Source of the DNA: Mobula hypostoma
Taxonomy: Eukaryota
Reading direction: 5' to 3'
NCBI RefSeq assembly: GCF_963921235.1
Contig: NC_086109.1
Location: 35,590,001-35,654,000 of the forward strand
Length of the DNA: 64,000 nucleotides
The notes beneath the pieces are model-generated. The model saw nothing but the letters and a program-made list of their open reading frames with translations, did no database searches and was not told where the DNA came from. The position numbers and the translations under genes were made by a program. Positions 26,391 to 35,019 of the stretch are shown piece by piece (positions within the stretch are counted from its first letter, which is position 1; each line of letters opens with the position of its first letter).

Positions 26391-27102
26391 ACTGAAGTTG
26401 TAAAGGCACTGGTGAGCTTTTGTGACTGTGACATTTATATGGTTAGATCAGAACAGGCTACTGGCATTGTTCAATCCTAGGAACTTGAAGCTTTTAACAC
26501 TCTCAGCTGTCAGGTGGATTTCATGGCACCCCAGTGTACAGTACATGACAGAAAACTCAGCTGAATCTGAATCTTTGAGGAGGGATCAGAGACCAAGGTG
26601 TTGCCTTGGGTGATAGCAGAGATCAGAGATTTAAAGTGCCTCCTGGAGATTAGTGAGATTTGTGAGTTCAGGGGGTTCTAGATATTCTGGGATCAGAGCA
26701 AAGATTTTGAAAACAATATCAGCTACTGACAAACAGCCGAGAATGGGTCTGAATGCTGGAGGTGCTTTGAGATTACCTAATAACAGAGAACTAGCAGGAG
26801 AATATGGCCCAGGTCACCCTGCAATACTGCAGAATGAAAGAAATCACATTGCTGTCTGCAAGGGTTGCTTGTGGCTGCAAGTACCTGATTGAATCTTACA
26901 AGTGATGCAACACGACCTCAAGGTGTCTTTAGTACTTTTAAATTGATTATGTATAGGCAAAAGCAATTCTCTTCACGAAGGAGTAGTTGGGGCTCCTGAA
27001 GGCTAGTTCAGAGTAGAATTAGCAGAGATCCTAATGAAGAATGCCAGACAGGAGTAGTTTAGGGTTATTTGGTATTCGAACAGCCAACAAAAATAGGTTT
27101 AA

Positions 27103-27485
27103 AACATCACACATAAAAGTCGCTGGTGAACGCAGCAGGCCAGGCAGCATCTCCAGGAAGAGGTACAGTCGACGATTTGTGCCAAGACCCTTCCTCAGGA
27201 CTAACTGAAAGAAGAGATAGTAAGAGGTTTGAAAGTGGGAGGGGGAAGGGGAGATCAGAAATGATAGGAGAAGACGGGAGGGGGAGGGATGGAGCCAAGA
27301 GCTGGACAGTTGATTGGCAAAAGGGATATGAGAGGATCATGGGACAGGAGGCCTAGGGAGAGGGGTGAAACCCAGATGATGGGCAATAACGGATGGGGTA
27401 CGAGGGGGAGGTGGGGCATTAACGGAAGTTAGAGAAGTCGATGTTCATGCCATCAGGTTGGGGCCTACCAGACGGAATATAAGGT
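27103..27485 (-). mobile_element. Older Penelope-like copy, 3' part (continues at 30382-30445)
   Basis: Diverged pLTR plus GIY-YIG end; interrupted at ggaatataaggt, which is duplicated at 30382-30393 where the older copy resumes. Confidence 0.88.
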
Positions 27486-27550
27486 AAACAACATACATCA
27501 AAGTTGCTGGTGAACGCAGCAGGCCAAGCAGCATCTATAGGAAGAGGCGC

Positions 27551-27586
27551 AGTCGACGTTTCAGGCCGAGACCCTTCGTCAGGACT
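27551..27586 (-). ncRNA. Minimal type-I hammerhead ribozyme (pLTR of copy A)
   Basis: Reverse complement reads agtc-CTGACGA-agg gtctcgg cct-GAAA-cgtc^gact: stem I agtc/gact, intact core, GUC cleavage triplet. Confidence 0.85.
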
Positions 27587-27879
27587 AACTGAAGGAAGAG
27601 TGAGTAAGGGATTTGAAAGCTGGAGGGGGAGGGGGAGATGCAAAATGATAGGAGAAGACAGGAGGGGGAGGGATAGAGCCGAGAGCTGGACAGGTGATAG
27701 GCAAAAGGGGATACGAGAGGATCATGGGACAGGAGGCCTAGGGAGAAAGACGGGGGGGGGGTGACCCAGAGGATGGGCAAGAGGTATATTCAGAGGGACA
27801 GAGGGAGAAAAAGGAGAGTGAGAGAAAGAATGTGTGCATAAAAATGAGTAACAGCTGGGGTACGAGGGGGAGGTGGGGC

Positions 27880-29439
27880 CTAGCGGAAGTTAGAGAAGTC
27901 AATGTTCATGCCATCAGGTTGGAGGCTACCCAGACGGAATATAAGGTGTTGTTCCTCCAACCTGAGTGTGGCTTCATCTTTACAGTAGAGGAGGCCGTGG
28001 ATAGACATGTCAGAATGGGAATGGGATGTGGAATTAAAATGTGTGGCCACTGGGAGATCCTGCTTTCTCTGGCGGACAGAGTGTAGATGTTCAGCAAAGC
28101 GGTCTCCCAGTCTGCGTCGGGTCTCACCAATATATAAAAGGCCACATCGGGAGCACCGGACGCAGTATATCACCCCAGTCGACTCACAGGTGAAGTGATG
28201 CCTCACCTGGAAGGACTGTTTGGGGCCCTGAATGGTGGTAAGGGAGGAAGTGTAAGGGCATGTGTAGCACTTGTTCCGCTTACACGGATAAGTGCCAGGA
28301 GGGAGATCAGTGGGGAGGGATGGCGGGGACGAATGGACAAGGGAGTTGTGTAGGGAGCGATCCCTGTGGAATGCAGAGAGAGGGGGGGAGGGAAAGATGT
28401 GCTTAGTGGTGGGATCCCGTTGGACGTGGCGGAAGTTACGGAGAATAATATGTTGGACCCGGAAGCTGGTGGGGTGGTAGGTGAGGACCAGGGGAACCCT
28501 ATTCCTAGTGGGGTGGTGGGAGGATGGAGTGAGAGCAGATGTACGTGAAATGGAGGAGATGCGTTTAAGAGCAGAGTTGATAGTGGAGGAAGGGAAGCCC
28601 CTTTCTTTAAAAAATGAAGACATCTCCCTCATCCTGGAATGAAAAGCCTCAGCCTGAGAGCAGATGCGGCGGAGATGGAGGAATTGCGAGAAGGGGATGG
28701 CGTTTTTGCAAGAGACAGGGTGAGAAGAGGAATAGTCCAGATAGCTGTGAGAGTCAGTAGGCTTATAGTAGATATCAGTGGATAAGCTGTCTCCAGAGAC
28801 AGAGACAGAAAGATCTAGAAAGGGGAGGGAGGTGTCGGAAATAGACCAGGTAAACTTGAGGGCAGGGTGAAAGTTGGAGGCAAAGTTAATAAAGTCAACG
28901 AGTTCTGCATGTGTGCAGGAAGCAGCGCCAATGCAGTCGTCGATATAGCGAAGGAAAAGTGGGGGACAGATACCAGAATAGGCACGGAACATAGATTGTT
29001 CCACAAACCCAACAAAAAGGCAGGCATAGCTAGGACCCATACGGGTGCCCATAGCTACACCTTTAGTTTGGAGGAAATGGGAGGAGCAAAAGGAGAAATG
29101 ATTAAGAGTAAGGACTAATTCCGCTAGACAGAGCAGAGTGGTGGTAGAGGGGAACTGATTAGGTCTGGAATCCAAAAAGAAGCGTAGAGCTTTGAGACCT
29201 TCCTGATGGGGGATGGAAGTATATAAGGACTGGACATCCATGGTGAAAATAAAGCGGTGGGGGCCAGGGAACTTAAAATCATCGAAAAGTTTAAGAGCGT
29301 GAGAAGTGTCACGAACATAGGTCGGAAGGGATTGAACAAGGGGTGATAAAACAGTGTCGAGGTATGCAGAAATGAGTTCGGTGGGGCAGGAGCAAGCTGA
29401 GACAATAGGTCGGCCAGGACAGGCAGGTTTGTGGATCTT
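27880..29439 (-). CDS. Penelope-like RT + GIY-YIG endonuclease, N-terminally truncated but uninterrupted
   Basis: KIHKP..PGRPIVS, MDVQSLYTSIP, QTKGVAMGTRMGPSYA, RYIDD, Cys linker PCKRNKCYTC, GVIYCVRCSRCGLLYIGET...RFAEH. Confidence 0.93.
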   Translation of the reverse strand, partial: KIHKPACPGRPIVSACSCPTELISAYLDTVLSPLVQSLPTYVRDTSHALKLFDDFKFPGPHRFIFTMDVQSLYTSIPHQEGLKALRFFLDSRPNQFPSTTTLLCLAELVLTLNHFSFCSSHFLQTKGVAMGTRMGPSYACLFVGFVEQSMFRAYSGICPPLFLRYIDDCIGAASCTHAELVDFINFASNFHPALKFTWSISDTSLPFLDLSVSVSGDSLSTDIYYKPTDSHSYLDYSSSHPVSCKNAIPFSQFLHLRRICSQAEAFHSRMREMSSFFKERGFPSSTINSALKRISSISRTSALTPSSHHPTRNRVPLVLTYHPTSFRVQHIILRNFRHVQRDPTTKHIFPSPPLSAFHRDRSLHNSLVHSSPPSLPTDLPPGTYPCKRNKCYTCPYTSSLTTIQGPKQSFQVRHHFTCESTGVIYCVRCSRCGLLYIGETRRRLGDRFAEHLHSVRQRKQDLPVATHFNSTSHSHSDMSIHGLLYCKDEATLRLEEQHLIFRLGSLQPDGMNIDFSNFR

Positions 29440-30381
29440 TCCCTCCCCCCCTCCCTCTGCATTCCGCAGGGATCGCTCCCTACACAACTCCCTTGTCCAT
29501 TCGTCCCCCCCATCCCTCCCCACTGATCTCCCTCCTGGCACTTATCCGTGTAAGCGGAACAAGTGCTGCACATGCCCTTACACTTCCTCCCTTACCACCA
29601 TTCAGGGCCCCAAACAGTCCTTCCAGGTGAGGCATCACTTCACCTGTGAGTCGACTGGGGTGATATACTGCGTCCGGTGCTCCCGATGTGGCCTTTTATA
29701 TATTGGTGAGACCCGACGCAGACTGGGAGACCGCTTTGCTGAACATCTACACTCTGTCCGCCAGAGAAAGCAGGATCTCCCAGTGGCCACACATTTTAAT
29801 TCCACATCCCATTCCCATTCTGACATGTCTATCCACGGCCTCCTCTACTGTAAAGATGAAGCCACACTCAGGTTGGAGGAACAACACCTTATATTCCGTC
29901 TGGGTAGCCTCCAACCTGATGGCATGAACATTGACTTCTCTAACTTCCGCTAGGCCCCACCTCCCCCTCGTACCCCAGCTGTTACTCATTTTTATGCACA
30001 CATTCTTTCTCTCACTCTCCTTTTTCTCCCTCTGTCCCTCTGAATATACCTCTTGCCCATCCTTTGGGTCACCCCCCCCCCCGTCTTTCTCCCTAGGCCT
30101 CCTGTCCCATGATCCTCTCGTATCCCCTTTTGCCTATCACCTGTCCAGCTCTCGGCTCTATCCCTCCCCCTCCTGTCTTCTCCTATCATTTTGCATCTCC
30201 CCCTCCCCCTCCAGCTTTCAAATCCCTTACTCACTCTTCCTTCAGTTAGTCCTGACGAAGGGTCTCGGCCTGAAACGTCGACTGCGCCTCTTCCTATAGA
30301 TGCTGCTTGGCCTGCTGCGTTCACCAGCAACTTTGATGTATGTTGCTTGAATTTCCAGCATCTGCAGAATTCCTGTTGTTT
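29435..30381 (+). repeat. Inverted arm of copy A (endonuclease-coding segment + pLTR + 35-nt tail)
   Basis: Near-perfect reverse complement of 27489-28398; extra ttgaatttccagcatctgcagaattcctgttgttt at 30347-30381. Confidence 0.95.
30248..30283 (+). ncRNA. Minimal type-I hammerhead ribozyme (inverted pLTR)
   Basis: agtcCTGACGAagggtctcggcctGAAAcgtc^gact; predicted cleavage after C30279. Confidence 0.85.
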
Positions 30382-30563
30382 GGAATATAAGGTGTTGTTC
30401 CTCCAACCTGAGTGTGGCTTCACCTTTACGGTAGAGGAAGCCGTGTAACTTTAAATTGAAGGGGAATTTCATGGTGCGCCTTTCAAGTCCCTACAACACT
30501 GCAACATACATCAAAGTTGCTGGTGAACACAGCAGGCCAGGCAGCATCTATAGGAAGAAGCGC

Positions 30564-30599
30564 AGTCGACGTTTCAGGCCGAGACCCTTCGTCAGGACT
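30564..30599 (-). ncRNA. Minimal type-I hammerhead ribozyme (pLTR of copy B)
   Basis: Same 36-nt motif as 27551-27586. Confidence 0.85.
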
Positions 30600-30893
30600 A
30601 ACTGAAGGAAGAGTGAGTAAGGGATTTGAAAGCTGGAGGGGGAGGGGGAGATGCAAAATGATAGGAGAAGACAGGAGGGGGAGGGATGGAGCCGAGAGCT
30701 GGACAGGTGATAGGCAGAAGGGGGTACGAGAGGATCATGGGACAGGAGGTCCGGGAAGAAAGACGGGGGTGGGGGTGACCCAGAGGATGGGCAAGAGGTA
30801 TATTCAGAGGGACAGAGGGAGAAAAAGGAGAGTGAGAGAAAGAATGTGTGCATTAAAAACAGTAACAGATGGGGTACGAGGGGGAGGTGGGGC

Positions 30894-32245
30894 CTAGCGG
30901 AAGTTAGAGAAGTCAATGTTCATGCCATCAGGTTGGAGGCTACCCATACGGAATATAAGGTGTTGTTCCTCCAACCTGAGTGTGGCTTCATCTTTACAGT
31001 AGAGGAGGCCGTGGATAGACATGTCAGAATGGGAATGGGATGTGGAATTAAAATGTGTGGCCACTGGGAGATCCTGCTTTCTCTGGCGGACAGAGCGTAG
31101 ATGTTCAGCAAAGCGGCCTCCCAGTCTGCGTCGGGTCTCACCAATATATAAAAGGCCACATCGGGAGCACCGGACGCAGTATATCACCCCAGTCGACTCA
31201 CAGGTGAAGTGATGCCTCACCTGGAAGGACTGTTTGGGGCCCTGAATGGTGGTAAGGGAGGAAGTGTAAGGGCATGTGTAGCACTTGTTCCGCTTACACG
31301 GATAAGTGCCAGGAGGGAGATCAGTGGGGAGGGATGGGGGGGACGAATGGACAAGGGAGTTGTGTAGGGAGCGATCCCTGCGGAATGCAGAGAGAGGGGG
31401 GGAGGGAAAGATATGCTTAGTGGTGGGATCCCGTTGGAGGTGGCGGAAGTTACGGAGAATAATATGTTGGACCCGGAGGCTGGTGGGGTGGTAGGTGAGG
31501 ACCAGGGGAACCCTATTCCTAGTGGGGTGGTGGGAGGTTGGAGTGAGAGCAGATGTACGTGAAATGGGGGAGATGCGTTTAAGAGCAGAGTTGATAGTGG
31601 AGGAAGGGAAGCCCCTTTCTTTAAAAAATGAAGACATCTCCCTCGTCCTAGAATGAAAAGCCTCATCCTGAGAGCAGATGCGGCGGAGACGGAGGAATTG
31701 CGAGAAGGGGATGGCGTTTTTGCAAGAGACAGGGTGAGAAGAGGAATAGTCCAGATAGTTGTGAGAGTCAGTAGGCTTATAGTAGACATCAGTGGATAAG
31801 CTGTCTCCAGAGACAGAGACAGAAAGATCTAGAAAGGGGAGGGAGGTGTCAGAAATGGACCAGGTAAACTTGAGGGCAGGGTGAAAGTTGGAGGCAAAGT
31901 TAATAAAGTCAACGAGTTCTGCATGCGTGCAGGAAGCAGCGCCAATGCAGTCGTCGATGTAGTGAAGGAAAAGTGGGGGACAGATACCAGAATAGGCACG
32001 GAACATAGATTGTTCCACAAACCCAACAAAAAGGCAGGCATAGCTAGGACCCATACGGGTGCCCATAGCTACACCTTTAGTTTGGAGGAAATGGGAGGAG
32101 CAAAAGGAGAAATTATTGAGAGTAAGGACTAATTCTGCTAGACGGAGCAGAGTGGTGGTAGAGGGGAACTGATTAGGTCTGGAATCCAAAAAGAAGCGTA
32201 GAGCTTTGAGACCTTCCTGATGGGGGATGGAAGTATATAGGGACT
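30894..32245 (-). CDS. Penelope-like RT + GIY-YIG, truncated within RT
   Basis: ORF track 30894-32189, 431 aa: GVAMGTRMGPSYA, HYIDD, PCKRNKCYTC, GVIYC...LYIGET. Confidence 0.9.
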
Positions 32246-33096
32246 ATATAACACTGCAGTTGCTTACATTGACATGCAAATCATTTGGGCTGATGCATAA
32301 TATGAGAGAGTGGCTCTATTATTGCATTTTGGATGGGTGGTAATATTGTACAAAAGAGAATCAATTTGCAGACCAAACACTTATCACCTTTACCATATGG
32401 ATCACAATTGGAATGTGAAGGTGATGAACCCTGATCACCAGCCTATTGCTCCCATGGTTTCCCTGACTGAAGATGGTCACCAATGCAGAAAAACTAATTA
32501 CTTATCAGACATCCCACCCTGCATAAAATTATTTCAGAGAGGTAGCACCACCATTTCAGGGAGGTAGCATCCCCATCCCCCGCAACTCCATATCCCCACC
32601 CCTCCCCGTCGACCTCCAAGGATGTATGTAATACTTTGTTTAGTGATATTGTCTAATCTGTAAACCAAGTTGGGTATATACAGCAAATGCGACATTAAAA
32701 TATGTACTTATATTATATTATATTATATTATATTATCATGTTTATTCCATTACAACTTTAAGCAAGTCTACAAGGAGTTTGGCTTCATCAGGTAGGGCAT
32801 CAATAGTGTAGCTCCTTGGAAGCTAGCCAGATAGTTTAAATCAGGGGTCCCCAACCTTCTTTGCACTGTAGACCGGTTTAATATTGACAATACTCTTGCG
32901 GACCAGCCGACCCAGTACTGGGGGGGCAGGGGCGGTGTTAAACACGACCGGAATATAGGTGATAAGTCAACCATAAGTCACTTGTAAGTGGCTAATACAC
33001 TCAATTTTGTTTCTAAAGGGGTTTGTCCAATGAATTTAATATTAAACACTCAACACATATTTTCCTCGCATGAATGTAGTGATAAGTCAATTATAA

Positions 33097-33409
33097 CAGT
33101 GGTCCCAAACCTCCGGGCCACGAAGAATGCAGCGGTATGGCGGTAGCCAGAATGCACCCAGCACATCTTTAAGAAAAAAGCCGAAATAAATAAACTAATT
33201 GACTAGGTGCCGCCCAGCATGTAAAGCCCGCCCAGATCAGAGGCGACGCAATCTGCAATCGCCTTTGATCTGGGCCATCATTTACACGCCGGGTAGCACC
33301 CAATTAATTAGCTTGTTTATTTTGGCTTTTTTCTTAAAGATGTGCTGGGTGCGTTCCGGCCACCGCTGTACCGTTGTGTTCTTCGCGGCCCGGAAGCTGG
33401 GGACCACTG
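33097..33409. mobile_element. Fully palindromic (foldback) hAT MITE
   Basis: ~150-bp imperfect inverted arms from cagtggtccc to ggggaccactg; perfect 8-bp TSD aattataa (33089-33096, 33410-33417). Confidence 0.92.
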
Positions 33410-33577
33410 AATTATAAGTCACTTATAAGTCAATAGCATCATAACATTTTAAATAACATTTGGATACTAAACACACAGCGCATATTTTCCTCGTATGAGC
33501 ATATAAAATCATTGCAGTACACCAATATCGCTGAACCAGTGGGAGCCCTGGGCCTGTTTTCCTGCAACAACATGGTC

Positions 33578-33920
33578 CTATCGAGGGGTGATGGGAGACA
33601 GCGATACTCGAAGGGGGTTCCTTATGTCCAGTCTATTCCGCAATTTAGTTTTTGTTGCATTCATTGCAGAAAACTCCGCTTTGCAGAAAAATGTTGGAAA
33701 TGGAAGCAACGTTTTCAGTGCTTTCGTGGCTATCTCAGGATATTCAGCCTTGACTTTGATCCAGAATGCCGGCAGAGATGTTATGTCAGACATACTTTTC
33801 AGCCTGCCGTCATTTGCAAGCTCGAGGAGTTGATCTTTTTCCCGTGCTAACATGGATGATTCACCGGGGACATTCACAAATGGGTCACGGACCCATTCCT
33901 TTGCACGTCTTGGGTCACTG
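33578..33920 (-). pseudogene. hAT transposase C-terminal dimerisation domain remnant (ZBED5/Buster-like family)
   Basis: WVRDPF...DQLLELANDG...FWIKVKAEYPEIATKALKTLLPFPT..CKAEFSAM..TKTKLRNRLD....LRVSLSPITPR. Confidence 0.85.
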
Positions 33921-34349
33921 ATGACCTCGCCTGCGTTAAAATTCAACAGTACGTGACAGAGAATGAGGAAAGGTGCAGCTGACTCATATCGTTTCATATC
34001 GCCAAATCATATCGTTTCCTCGTGGCCCAGTGGTTGGGGACCGCTCTTAGCACGAAGAAAGACCAATCAGGATGCTCGCTCTCCCTCTCCCTCTCCCTCT
34101 CAGAAAAATCTATTTCCGGGATATTGTATATAATTTCCGGATGTCAGGAAACCACTATCCATATGCGGGAGACTCCCGGACCTTCTGGGAGAGGTGGGAT
34201 GTCTGACTTATACATTTGACTGATTGAGAAGATGCAGTCCATTGAACATTCGCAATGGTATTTCACCAGGGCAACATAATGAAGTTTAAAAGTTCACACC
34301 TGCTGCAGGTGTCAAAATATTGAGAACTAAAAAATTTGAGAAGAAATAT

Positions 34350-34486
34350 AAACACGAGAGATTCCGTAGATGCTTGAAATCCAGAGCAAAAGACAAAGTG
34401 CTGGATGGAACATCAGCAGGTCAGGCAGCAGCTATGGAGAGGAACAAACAGTTGACATTTTGGGCAGACACCCTTCATCAGGACTA
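34350..34486 (-). mobile_element. Solo Penelope-like pLTR end with hammerhead relic
   Basis: Reverse complement of 34450-34485: agtcCTGATGAagggtgtctgcccAAAAtgtcaact; includes the tail. Confidence 0.75.
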
Positions 34487-35019
34487 AAAAAAGAAATGTA
34501 AAATTTTTTTTCCAGCATGGAAAAGCGCACGCATATTTTCATTATTTGAGACTCTTTGATATCTTATGTTAGAAATAGTCTTATGGGAAGTTATAAGTAA
34601 CTGGACAATTATTGGTATCAGAAAACATATTTTCTTTTGATTCCAACATAGCTGATGTTCCAAAAAAATGTGAGTTGGAAGTTTTAGAGTAGAGGTTGAT
34701 TCTTAAATATTTGTCAACTTTTTCCCAGGTTTGGCTAATTAAATATGTTAATACATGAAAGACAATTTAATTTAAATTGCTTTGTAGGTTCGTCTTTGGC
34801 CATCTAAATTTTCCAGATCTGCAGAAATCTGAGAAGCGCATCATTTTTGCAAAGGGGGTAAATGTTTTCCCCAGCAACTACATTGCTCCTCCATCAAACC
34901 TTCCATAATCCTGAACCTCACTTGGGATTGACGGTACTTTTGAAATATTGCTCATCACATTATTCCCAACCCAGGGTTGACCTTCAGACTCGAACTCCCA
35001 TGTTTCCATGAATGTCACA

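Larger units (their letters stand above)
27486..30381 (-). mobile_element. Young Neptune-type Penelope-like retroelement (copy A): 5'-truncated body with an inverted 3' arm, 12-bp TSD
   Basis: Minus-strand body 29439-27486; plus-strand inverted arm 29435-30381; TSD ggaatataaggt at 27474-27485 and 30382-30393. Confidence 0.95.
30501..32245 (-). mobile_element. Young Neptune-type Penelope-like retroelement (copy B), 5'-truncated
   Basis: Highly similar to copy A but with its own substitutions; TSD tacaacactgca (30492-30503) / tataacactgca (32247-32258), 11/12 match. Confidence 0.93.
32842..34045 (-). mobile_element. Charlie/Buster-type hAT internal-deletion derivative
   Basis: TIRs caggggtccccaacc / ggttggggaccgct; carries the transposase C-terminus; TSD not recoverable on the right. 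Confidence 0.85.
32506..34205. mobile_element. Non-autonomous TIR element with 6-bp TSD (hAT5/hAT6-like), hosting nested hAT elements
   Basis: 13-bp TIR cagacatcccacc / ggtgggatgtctg; flanked by acttat at 32500-32505 and 34206-34211; subterminal cgggagactcccg palindrome. Confidence 0.7.

Noticed and set aside
27880..29439. Selenocysteine recoding as in some Naiad PLEs
   Set aside because: No in-frame TGA in the ORF, and the endonuclease is C-terminal (Neptune-like), not N-terminal.
27880..29541. 553-aa ORF as a complete novel gene with a unique N-terminus
   Set aside because: The first ~34 codons are the antisense of the inverted arm read across the inversion junction. The start is GTG immediately after an in-frame stop, and the true N-terminus is missing.
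29354..29953. Stand-alone 199-aa GIY-YIG nuclease gene
   Set aside because: Chimeric: antisense RT sequence fused to the duplicated 3' arm of the Penelope-like element.
27103..32258. Bacterial retron, group II intron, DGR or RT-nuclease defence system
   Set aside because: The context is vertebrate repeats. The RT motifs, C-terminal GIY-YIG, pLTRs and TSDs are fully explained by Penelope-like retroelements.
33578..33997. Domesticated ZBED5/SCAND3-like host gene
   Set aside because: Only the C-terminal fragment is present, lies between TIRs and has a degenerate motif; it is a transposon remnant.
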